64,000 bases of DNA from the NCBI GenBank assembly GCA_030615605.1, contig JAUWYY010000005.1:119067-183066 (forward strand), read 5' to 3'. The first letter of the stretch is position 1. Each line of letters opens with the position of its first letter. This DNA comes from a bacterium (GTDB lineage: Bacteria > Armatimonadota > Zipacnadia > Zipacnadales > Zipacnadaceae). Positions 9,222-16,907 of the stretch are shown here, piece by piece. The position numbers and the translations under genes are program-made. The notes beneath the pieces are model-generated. The model had not been told where the DNA came from and did no database searches. It was given only the letters and a program-made list of their open reading frames with translations.

Positions 9222-11018
9222 GTGCCGAATGCGAGGCACTCCTGTGGCGCTGGACACACTCCGAGCGTGGGTCAGCCGTGGCCAGCCGTGTGCTCTCAAG
9301 TTGTGTTGTGTCAAGTGAAGGACTGTCAGCCCTCCAACGCGAAAGATGGTTGGGTAAGAAGGTTGCTCAGGCGCTTTGGCAGGAGGACATCAGTGGACGC
9401 CAAGTTTCTGCGTAGTATTGAACTGCTATTGCACCAAGGCAAGCGTGACGAAGCCAAAGCCCACTTTGAACAGGTCAAGGGATCCGCCGCGAACTCAGCG
9501 ACAGCACTTGTGGCCGAGGCACTGCTGCTCTTCTTTGATTATGATTGGAAACGTGCAATCACGGCTGCCCAGTCGGCGGAAACGAAATCCCGTGCTGCCG
9601 ATGATATGCTTCTCACTTCATGGGCCTGCCGACTGTGCTCGGAATCGCAGCGTGGGCTGGCCGACTACGGTGGAGCCCTGTCATCGGCCGAGGATGCTGT
9701 GCGAGCTGCCCGAGCTGCGGAAGACAAGCTTGCCGAATCCAGCGCACTCGCCAGTTACTCAGATGCTCTGCGTATGTTGTACCGGAATGAAGAGGGCTTG
9801 AGTACGGCTGAGGAGGGATTAGAGGCTGGGCTGTCTGCGCAAGACGTGCTCGCCCAAGCTTACGCGCTTCTCGTGAAATCCCACGTGCTCGTGGTACTGG
9901 ACTGCTACGACGAAGCACTGGAATCAGCTGAGGAGGCCCTGTCACTATGCCAATCCACTGAGAATAGGTACTGTCAAGGCCTTGGTCATTTTGCTAGGTC
10001 CCAGGCCCTGCGCATGCGAGGCGACTTCGAGGAGGCGGTGGAAGCTGCAGATCAAGCGTTGCTGATCTCAGAAGATGCTGGACATCAAGTTGTCCGAATC
10101 ATCGCACTGCTCTGCAAGGCAAGAGCGTTACGCATGTTGGATCAGCGTGAGGGTTCCCTGATAACAGCTCGAGAGGCACTGGCCATCGCCCAAGCTATCA
10201 AATACAAGCGCGGCGAAGCCAACGCACTCATCAGCATCTGCGATGCGCTATTTGTGCGGGAGCACTATCATGAGGCGTTGGCAAGAGCCGAAGAGGCGTT
10301 TCGCGCTGCCCAAGCGGCTGAAGACAAGGTTGTAGAAGCCAATGCATTGCTGAGCAAGTCCAAGATACTGCACGCTATGGAGCGGGACGAGGAAGCCTTG
10401 GTGGCAGCCGAGGATGCAGATAAGCTAGCCTCGCTAACTGCCGATGCAGAGCTAGCGGATTCCGCTCGCAGCAACCTCATTGGGCTTCTTGAGGAAAAGG
10501 GCATGAGCAGCGAAGAGATAGCAGAATTACTATACATGCTGAGTCAGCGGCCCCTCGGGAGATACACCATTCACACCCACGACAAAGGAGAAGAGCGTGT
10601 GACCGCAAGGCAGCTGAAGGAGTTCCGGGAGAGACGCAAGCCCCATGACCATTTTGTCTGGATAAACCAGCTAAGGAAAGAGTGTTACATCAAGGCCACG
10701 GAGGACACCAAAGAAACGGTGAAGGTTGAGCTGTCCGGAGTGCCACTCGCCACACTAGCAGAGCTGGTCAAGGCTCATGGGCAGGAAGTGCCCACCGCCG
10801 CACTGTATGAGGCGGGACGTGACCACGCTGCTGGACGGACGACGACGGTGGCTGAGAACGTCCGTGGCACAGTATATCTTATACGAGAAGCTCTACGGGA
10901 GGTCAATCTGGACGCCGACAGCTTGATACCCGAACCACCGCGTGGCGGAGGCGCGTACAAATGGGCTGGACCTGTGAACTTCTGCATCATAAGTCACCAG
11001 AGCAAGCAGAGCGGTTAA
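9222..11018 (+). CDS. TPR-repeat protein with C-terminal OmpR-like wHTH (putative regulator); start uncertain
   Basis: About eight 40-aa TPR-like repeats (EEALESAEEAL..); C-terminal LAELVKAHGQEV..VRGTVYLIREAL..GGGAYKW. Confidence 0.8.
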   Translation: MPNARHSCGAGHTPSVGQPWPAVCSQVVLCQVKDCQPSNAKDGWVRRLLRRFGRRTSVDAKFLRSIELLLHQGKRDEAKAHFEQVKGSAANSATALVAEALLLFFDYDWKRAITAAQSAETKSRAADDMLLTSWACRLCSESQRGLADYGGALSSAEDAVRAARAAEDKLAESSALASYSDALRMLYRNEEGLSTAEEGLEAGLSAQDVLAQAYALLVKSHVLVVLDCYDEALESAEEALSLCQSTENRYCQGLGHFARSQALRMRGDFEEAVEAADQALLISEDAGHQVVRIIALLCKARALRMLDQREGSLITAREALAIAQAIKYKRGEANALISICDALFVREHYHEALARAEEAFRAAQAAEDKVVEANALLSKSKILHAMERDEEALVAAEDADKLASLTADAELADSARSNLIGLLEEKGMSSEEIAELLYMLSQRPLGRYTIHTHDKGEERVTARQLKEFRERRKPHDHFVWINQLRKECYIKATEDTKETVKVELSGVPLATLAELVKAHGQEVPTAALYEAGRDHAAGRTTTVAENVRGTVYLIREALREVNLDADSLIPEPPRGGGAYKWAGPVNFCIISHQSKQSG

Positions 11019-11695
11019 CTGCGCTGGGCTGACCACCACTCGTACGGCGGCTTGCACTCATGCAACGAAACTAAGTCTGCCATAATTAGTTCCCAAGCTG
11101 CCACGAACTCATCCAAGTGCTTGTAGGAATCGTCGTTCTTGGGCCGCAGTCGCGTTAGCTCCTCCCAGTTGGCCATGCATTTGTCGTATTCAGGGCAACA
11201 CAGTTCCTCGATGTTAGGTACCATCACCAGATTCTGAACGTATCGGCCTCCGTCCGCCTCGGGATCATGGAGGTACTCACGCTCAAGCGCAGGCAGCTGC
11301 TCTGCAAACCGCTTCTTTCGCCACCCTCTCGTCAGGGAGTTGAGTGTCCGTCCCGTTCCGAACGTGAGGTATCCACAGGGCCCTCTCGTAGGGAACTGTG
11401 TGCCGTGCTTGGCTGGCTTGGCAAGTTGGTGGGGGCAATATGCGACCCGCGCTCCTTCAACTAACGCAGCGAACATCCTGGCGAGGTTATCTGGTGAGAG
11501 AACTTCATGCTTGTATAGAGGTTCCCAGAGACGCTGCGTGACGAGCCAGGAAATCACCTTCTGCCTCTGTCTGCCACCAATCTCTCCTGTCCGCAGTGGG
11601 CGGAGCTGAAGGCTACGATAGAATCCTTCGTCCTGACAATAACCATCAAGAAAGACCCCTAAGGTCGTTCCATAATCGCATTCAAATTGAACCAT
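11015..11695 (-). CDS. Hypothetical protein
   Basis: 226 aa ORF convergent with the TPR gene (4-nt overlap). Confidence 0.55.
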   Translation of the reverse strand: MVQFECDYGTTLGVFLDGYCQDEGFYRSLQLRPLRTGEIGGRQRQKVISWLVTQRLWEPLYKHEVLSPDNLARMFAALVEGARVAYCPHQLAKPAKHGTQFPTRGPCGYLTFGTGRTLNSLTRGWRKKRFAEQLPALEREYLHDPEADGGRYVQNLVMVPNIEELCCPEYDKCMANWEELTRLRPKNDDSYKHLDEFVAAWELIMADLVSLHECKPPYEWWSAQRS

Positions 11696-12007
11696 ACAGC
11701 ATGGGTAGAGAATGAGCCTTATGAATCTTGTGGTGGGTGCGTGCTGGCCAAGAGACAGCAGAGTGGCAAATTCGACCCAAAATCGACGAAACTCCGATGG
11801 GTTCTAGATATTCGTTCTGGTTACACTGGGGTAAAATAATAGCAGAAGAACGGGGCAGCCCGCGACTCTCGAGACCTTGGGTGGGAACCGAGATGGATCT
11901 GTCCATACCAGAGAACAGTAGGTCCTTGGTAGGAGCGGCCTGCATAGGCCGCCGGGCTGCCCGTTCTAATGATCAGCATAACCTGCACACATAAGGGGTG
12001 TCAAGCA

Positions 12008-12268
12008 ATGGGCAACCATCTGGCGGTGGAAATGCGTAGCAAGGCCCTGCTGCTACGCATGGTAGACCAAGACAACCAGTCGTACCTTGCCGGAATGGAG
12101 GGACGCCGGCGGCTGATCGTGGGAACGGATGGTTTCTGCCATGTGCAGATCAATCAGGATAGCGACACACCTATCCGATTGGCTCTGACCATTGACCACG
12201 CCACCCAGAGGCTCATCGGAGGCGAACGATCTCAAGATAAAGGCCAAAAAAGGAGCACACGACGATGA
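12008..12268 (+). CDS. Small hypothetical protein
   Basis: SD-like AAGGGGTG upstream; 86 aa. Confidence 0.4.
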   Translation: MGNHLAVEMRSKALLLRMVDQDNQSYLAGMEGRRRLIVGTDGFCHVQINQDSDTPIRLALTIDHATQRLIGGERSQDKGQKRSTRR

Positions 12269-12472
12269 TTCTTTCGGCTTGTGATGTGTGCGGACTATCG
12301 TGTCAACTCAGCCACCAGGCAAACCATTTGGGTGATAACAGGAGGTTCAACCCTGATTCGTCGCAGCCGCACCATCAAGTCGAGGAGAGGCCCCCGGAGG
12401 TGGATGGAGAGCGCGACCGTTGGTCGGATCCGCCACTGCGGGCGCTTCTCGACAGGAAGGAGGAAACCAGCA

Positions 12473-12703
12473 ATGGGCATACTTGAAATGCCAAAACCGC
12501 TCCCAGACATGTTCCCGGTCAAGAAGCTGCCGGAGTGGCCCTTCCGGGTACCGTTCCCCACCAAGCCGATAATACCTCACACTCCGGCGCCATTTGACCC
12601 CTTGGCTCGGTGGAACAAGATATGGGTCAAGCGGTTCATCAGAGCGGATGTCGCCCGCCGGAAGCGGGAGAGACGGCAAGGCTATCGGTTCAGGATCCAC
12701 TAG
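12473..12703 (+). CDS. Small Pro-rich/basic hypothetical protein
   Basis: Strong SD AAGGAGG; 76 aa. Confidence 0.5.
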   Translation: MGILEMPKPLPDMFPVKKLPEWPFRVPFPTKPIIPHTPAPFDPLARWNKIWVKRFIRADVARRKRERRQGYRFRIH

Positions 12704-12851
12704 CTGCACGTCCAACTGCTCTGCTGGGGACGTCGCTCTCCCGTCCCCAGTTCTGAGTCAAGTACGGGCATGGCGCCCTGGCCAGCAGCGGGAGAGGAGG
12801 TCCGCAATGGTTTCCCGTCGATCCAACAAGTCATTCAAGGAGGTGAGAAAG

Positions 12852-13310
12852 ATGCAGGCAATCACAAACAGCCAACAGGCGGCCGAGATCCTGCGGAAAG
12901 CAGGCATTAAGGCCAAAGCAGAGAGTGAAGAAGTAGGCAAAGTAGAGCGGCCGGGTATTTCGTTGGTGGTCTTCAACCGGAAGCCGCTGCTGGAGTTGGC
13001 AGTCATATGCGACGTATTCCCGGCCCAGTCCAGCCGGCAGCGAATCCAGCAGGCGGCACTGCGCCTCTCAGATATCAACGCCTCACTCAGAGGAAGTTGC
13101 AACGGCAATGGAGCCACCATCGCGTTCTTCACTCCGGGCCAGGAAGTACTAGTGGTCTCGCACCTGATGGCCACCGCTACGCCTGACAAGCTGCCGGCAG
13201 CAGCATTGTGGCTGCTTGAAACCGCTCGGCGAATCGGCCACGACGTCAATGGCATTCTGTATCCGGGGTATCAGGAAGAACGCGAGAAAGCGACGCCAGG
13301 ACAAAGCTAA
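12852..13310 (+). CDS. Hypothetical protein, possibly YbjN/T3SS-chaperone-like fold
   Basis: SD AAGGAGGTG; 152 aa alpha-beta pattern (fold is a guess). Confidence 0.6.
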   Translation: MQAITNSQQAAEILRKAGIKAKAESEEVGKVERPGISLVVFNRKPLLELAVICDVFPAQSSRQRIQQAALRLSDINASLRGSCNGNGATIAFFTPGQEVLVVSHLMATATPDKLPAAALWLLETARRIGHDVNGILYPGYQEEREKATPGQS

Positions 13311-13384
13311 TCTCACGGCAAGAGCACGGCGTTGCCTGGCCAGAGCGAGGGCCGCGCACAACATCCGAAAGGGGGTGATCTACC

Positions 13385-13621
13385 ATGAAAGACCTGCTCA
13401 TAGTAATACCCGGGGCTCAGGACGAGAACGAGTCCCGGAGAGAGATCACAATCAAGCCGGGCACTACCGCCGCAGACATCCTGCAGGCGTGTGGGCTGGA
13501 GGGATACTTCCTGTCCAAAGACGGCGGGAGCACGTTCTTCACTTCGGACGAGGATGTCTACAAGCAGGTTGAGTCCGGAGCCAAGCTGTTTGCGACCTCG
13601 GACGTAAAAGTCGGCTGGTAG
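13385..13621 (+). CDS. Ubiquitin-like (beta-grasp) protein
   Basis: 78 aa; beta-beta-helix pattern ITIKPGTTAADIL..YFL..KLFATS; ends VG-W; SD GGGGGTG; heads the E2/JAB/E1 genes. Confidence 0.75.
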   Translation: MKDLLIVIPGAQDENESRREITIKPGTTAADILQACGLEGYFLSKDGGSTFFTSDEDVYKQVESGAKLFATSDVKVGW

Positions 13622-13639
13622 TGCCGGGGACAGTCCGGC

Positions 13640-13677
13640 TAGGGGGAGGGGAGCTATTGAGCTGCCCCTCCCCCCTA
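13640..13677 (+). promoter_or_regulatory. Strong GC stem-loop between Ubl and E2
   Basis: TAGGGGGAGGGGAGCT / AGCTGCCCCTCCCCCCTA inverted repeat; no U tract. Confidence 0.6.
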
Positions 13678-13691
13678 CAGGAGGTGATCGT

Positions 13692-14063
13692 ATGCGCAGA
13701 ATTGTCGAACCCAGCCGCACCCCACGGAACAGGATCGTAGTAGACAAGCACAACGTGCCCTATTGGCGCGAGCAAGGCTGGCGCAGTGTGGGTGGTGGCT
13801 ATGAAGGCACATATCGCTCGCCAAACGCGAGACTATTTGGGGAGATTGAGCGCGGCGGCGGCGGCGGCGGTCGGCTGCTGTTGTTCATCAGCGGCCCGCC
13901 TCGGTACGTCATCAACAGTTCCCACGCGCCGTGCTTCCAGCACATCGGCAACAATTGGTGGTCGATTCACTTTGCCAAGAGGCCGCGGAGTGTCTCCGAG
14001 GGGATTCTCGCAGTCGAGCAGACACTGGCCAGCGCCTATCGGGAAACAAGCAGGGAGGTTTGA
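13692..14063 (+). CDS. Putative minimal E2-like (UBC-fold) conjugating enzyme
   Basis: 123 aa; beta-meander, then 'FISGPP', single Cys in HAPCF, C-terminal helix; lies between Ubl and JAB. Confidence 0.6.
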   Translation: MRRIVEPSRTPRNRIVVDKHNVPYWREQGWRSVGGGYEGTYRSPNARLFGEIERGGGGGGRLLLFISGPPRYVINSSHAPCFQHIGNNWWSIHFAKRPRSVSEGILAVEQTLASAYRETSREV

Positions 14064-14066
14064 GAG

Positions 14067-14771
14067 ATGAGAACGCAGCGGTTGATTCTACCCAACAAAG
14101 AGATTATCACGTTTCGGCCTGGTCGTGGGGAACAGGCCGACCAAATCTGGCAGGAGTGGGCCAAGCCTCGTCGCGAGCGACGCCTGGAAACCGGTCAGCT
14201 GAGCTTGGACTTCTCGGGGGATCCGGGAGAGCCGTACCAGCGGGCCGAAAGCTCGGCACTTGAGCCACAGGAAGACATCTCTTACTACCTGGTCGGCTCG
14301 CGCTTCCTGACCTGGTGCAGCAAGCTGCTGCTGCGCAGCGCCGACGAAGGGCTGGTCTTCGTGAGCGGGCTGCAGCTAGAGCCGATACTGACACTGGATC
14401 AACTGGTCGGCTTCGGGTTGAAGCGGCAAAGCCTGACCGGAGCTGAGGCCGACCGCGGCTCGGCCCTACGGGCCCTGATCCAGCTCGACTGCTTTGGGCA
14501 CAAACTTCACGGTGTGTTTCACAGCCATCCGGGCGACGGCCCGATAGGCACGCTGCCTTCGGGCATCGACCACGAGACCCAGGCCCGCCTGGAGCGGGGC
14601 GGCTACCCCGTGATCGGGGGCATCTTCTCGCGCGACGGGTATGTGCGGTTCTTCTCTGAGAAAAACCAGTTTGAGGTGATTACCTATGGTACAGGCATCG
14701 AGTCAGCCGGTGAGAAGGTCTTCCGTGTCTGTAAAGACAGTAACCTACAAGACCAAGCCGCTCGTAGCTGA
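14067..14771 (+). CDS. JAB/MPN+ (JAMM) metallo-isopeptidase
   Basis: Upstream Glu (DEGLVF) and FHSHP..PSGID. Confidence 0.85.
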   Translation: MRTQRLILPNKEIITFRPGRGEQADQIWQEWAKPRRERRLETGQLSLDFSGDPGEPYQRAESSALEPQEDISYYLVGSRFLTWCSKLLLRSADEGLVFVSGLQLEPILTLDQLVGFGLKRQSLTGAEADRGSALRALIQLDCFGHKLHGVFHSHPGDGPIGTLPSGIDHETQARLERGGYPVIGGIFSRDGYVRFFSEKNQFEVITYGTGIESAGEKVFRVCKDSNLQDQAARS

Positions 14772-15519
14772 GTGGGGCGAGGACAGATTCAGCGACCGCC
14801 AGGAGCGAGTGCCGGGGTTCGATCAGGACAGCCTGTCCGCTACCTCAGTGGCCTTGGTCGGGTGCGGGGGATTCGGCGGTGAGCTGGGCGAGGGGTTAGC
14901 GCGAAAGGGCGTCGGGAGCCTCTATTTGTTCGACGGGGATATTGTGGAGCTGTCCAACCTCAATCGCCAGCGCTTCTTCCGGGAGGACCTCTACCGCAAC
15001 AAGGCTGTTTGCGCAGCCCAGAATCTGGCTACAGAATGCTCTGGAGGCACTACGATCCAGGGCTTTGCCGCTACTTTCCAGGACATAGCCGAATCGCCCA
15101 GGATGCCGCCAGCCGACCTTATCGTGTGCGGCGTGGACAACAACGAAACGCGCGTCTACTGCGCCCGCTACGCCCTCAACAGGAGCCTACCGGTTGTGTT
15201 GCTGGGGACCGATGAAACCGCTGACTTTGGATACGTCTTTGTCCAGACGCCGGAGCAGGCTTGTTTCGGGTGCCTGTTTCCCCACGCTGTAGCAGAGCAG
15301 GCAGCGGATCCTGCTCCCTGCGCCAAGGTCGCGGCCGTGAAGGATGTTCTCAAGGCTCTCGCGGGTATTGCGCTCTATGCCGTTGACAGCTTGCTGATGC
15401 CCAGAAAACGCCACTGGAACTACCGACAAATCTCTCTGTCCGCAGAGCTGCCCGATGTGACCAGGACGATCCAGAAGCGGCCTGACTGCAAGCTGTGTGG
15501 TCGGTCAGAGGAGGGTTGA
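14725..15519 (+). CDS. ThiF/MoeB/E1-family adenylyltransferase
   Basis: GCGGFG, FDGDIVELSNLNRQ, GVDN..R, CFGC, putative catalytic Cys (APC), C-terminal CKLC. Confidence 0.92.
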   Translation: MSVKTVTYKTKPLVAEWGEDRFSDRQERVPGFDQDSLSATSVALVGCGGFGGELGEGLARKGVGSLYLFDGDIVELSNLNRQRFFREDLYRNKAVCAAQNLATECSGGTTIQGFAATFQDIAESPRMPPADLIVCGVDNNETRVYCARYALNRSLPVVLLGTDETADFGYVFVQTPEQACFGCLFPHAVAEQAADPAPCAKVAAVKDVLKALAGIALYAVDSLLMPRKRHWNYRQISLSAELPDVTRTIQKRPDCKLCGRSEEG

Positions 15520-15523
15520 TGTC

Positions 15524-15907
15524 ATGCAATGGGATCAGATGCCAGGGCGACCGCCACCCCGGCCCGGATCGCGGCTGACGCGGCCAACCCAGGGGGCACC
15601 ACACGCCCAGACGACGCGACGCCCGGCGCGGCTACCTCGGAGACCAGAGGCATACAGGGAGCCAGGCCCCTTCGCACGGATACGGCTGCTGGACCGATGC
15701 ATCGGTATCTGTCTTTGCCTGGTGACGATAGCAACTCTCGTTGGCCTGGCGGGAGAGTTCTTCACGGATCTGTTCAGCGATCCGCTGACCTTTGTAGACG
15801 CCCTTTGGAAGATCCCCTTTGCGGTGATAGCCGGGGCTGTAGTCTTGTTTCTGGTAGCGGCTCTGGGCGATTGTGCGTGGTGCCTGTGGCGGACCAGACA
15901 TCAATAG
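15524..15907 (+). CDS. Membrane protein with Pro/Arg-rich N-terminus, paralog 1
   Basis: Two TM segments; LFSDPLTF..LWKIP..LWRTR shared with 16059..16424. Confidence 0.7.
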   Translation: MQWDQMPGRPPPRPGSRLTRPTQGAPHAQTTRRPARLPRRPEAYREPGPFARIRLLDRCIGICLCLVTIATLVGLAGEFFTDLFSDPLTFVDALWKIPFAVIAGAVVLFLVAALGDCAWCLWRTRHQ

Positions 15908-15926
15908 CAAGTACGGAGAGATACTG

Positions 15927-16043
15927 ATGGAGATAGGCGACATAAGGCAAATCCGGCTGCACGGCGGCATAACTGCCCAGCAGAAGGGAATTGTGGCGGG
16001 AAAAGAAAGTCCGGCCCAGCTGGCAGCTGTGCTACCTATGTGA
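15927..16043 (+). pseudogene. Truncated duplicate of the N-terminus of the Cys-rich protein
   Basis: MEIGDIRQIRLHGGITAQQKGIV vs MEIGDLREVLLNQGITAEDQVIV (16442); 38 aa. Confidence 0.6.
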
Positions 16044-16058
16044 AAGGAGATAAGTATC

Positions 16059-16424
16059 ATGCGACCAGACGAAATAGATCATTTTCCGCTGCCCCAGCCT
16101 CGGGCGAGGCAGATGCCACCCCGGGAGGCGACGCCCCGTGTCGTCGGGATGAGCCAGGTACCGAGACCGCATTATCCGGCCCCGCGCACCAACTGGGCAC
16201 GAACCATCGTTCGTTGGTTAGCTATGACAGCGGCGCTGGCCGCCATGGCCACCATCGCTGCAATCGTGGCATTATTCTTTATGGCGCTGTTCGCCGATCC
16301 TCTAACCTTCCTGAAGGCGTTGTGGAAGATACCGCTGAGTGTGATAACGGTTAGTATAGCTCTGCTGGTGGAGGTACCGCTAGCGCAATGTGTGTGGCAC
16401 TTGTGGCGGACCAGATATCGGTAG
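16059..16424 (+). CDS. Membrane protein with Pro/Arg-rich N-terminus, paralog 2
   Basis: SD AAGGAG; two TM segments; LFADPLTF..LWKIP..LWRTR. Confidence 0.7.
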   Translation: MRPDEIDHFPLPQPRARQMPPREATPRVVGMSQVPRPHYPAPRTNWARTIVRWLAMTAALAAMATIAAIVALFFMALFADPLTFLKALWKIPLSVITVSIALLVEVPLAQCVWHLWRTRYR

Positions 16425-16441
16425 AAAGCGAGGAGATAGAC

Positions 16442-16873
16442 ATGGAGATAGGAGACCTGCGCGAAGTTCTGTTGAATCAAGGCATAACCGCCGAGGACCA
16501 GGTAATCGTCGAAGGCCAGACCCAACCGCTGGTCCAATCGGCTGAGCAAGCTGTCTTCACACCCGAAGGCTATGTCCGCAGGCGCGTCATGCGGGTAACC
16601 CAGTGCGCCGGTTGTCTGCGCCTGTTTCATCAAGCAGGCGCTGCCGGGTCGGTATGCGTTGACTGTGGCAGGACCCTGTGCCTTACGTGTAGCCAGACGG
16701 TCTGTGCGGATCCGTACTGCCGAAAGCCCGTCTGCCCGGACGACTATACTCTGTGGTGGGATGGGCCTTTGTGCCGCTGGCATAACTGGCTGCGGGTCAG
16801 AGGCTACATCATCCGGGCCCTGGTGATGGCCTCATGTCTCGGCGGATTGGTCTGCTTACTGTTCAACAGCTAG
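16442..16873 (+). CDS. Cys-rich multi-zinc-finger protein with C-terminal TM helix
   Basis: CAGC, CVDC, CLTC, CADPYC, VCPDD, CRWH; SD GAGGAG; hydrophobic C-terminus. Confidence 0.75.
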   Translation: MEIGDLREVLLNQGITAEDQVIVEGQTQPLVQSAEQAVFTPEGYVRRRVMRVTQCAGCLRLFHQAGAAGSVCVDCGRTLCLTCSQTVCADPYCRKPVCPDDYTLWWDGPLCRWHNWLRVRGYIIRALVMASCLGGLVCLLFNS

Positions 16874-16907
16874 TGGCGCCATAGTGACTTACAAAGGAGA
16901 GATCGCA

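Noticed and set aside
13853..13870. (GGC)5GGT run as a contingency locus
   Set aside because: In-frame triplet encoding a Gly loop; length change would not phase-switch the gene
13385..15519. ThiS/ThiF or MoaD/MoeB sulfur-carrier pathway
   Set aside because: No cofactor biosynthesis genes nearby; an E2-like gene and JAB are present
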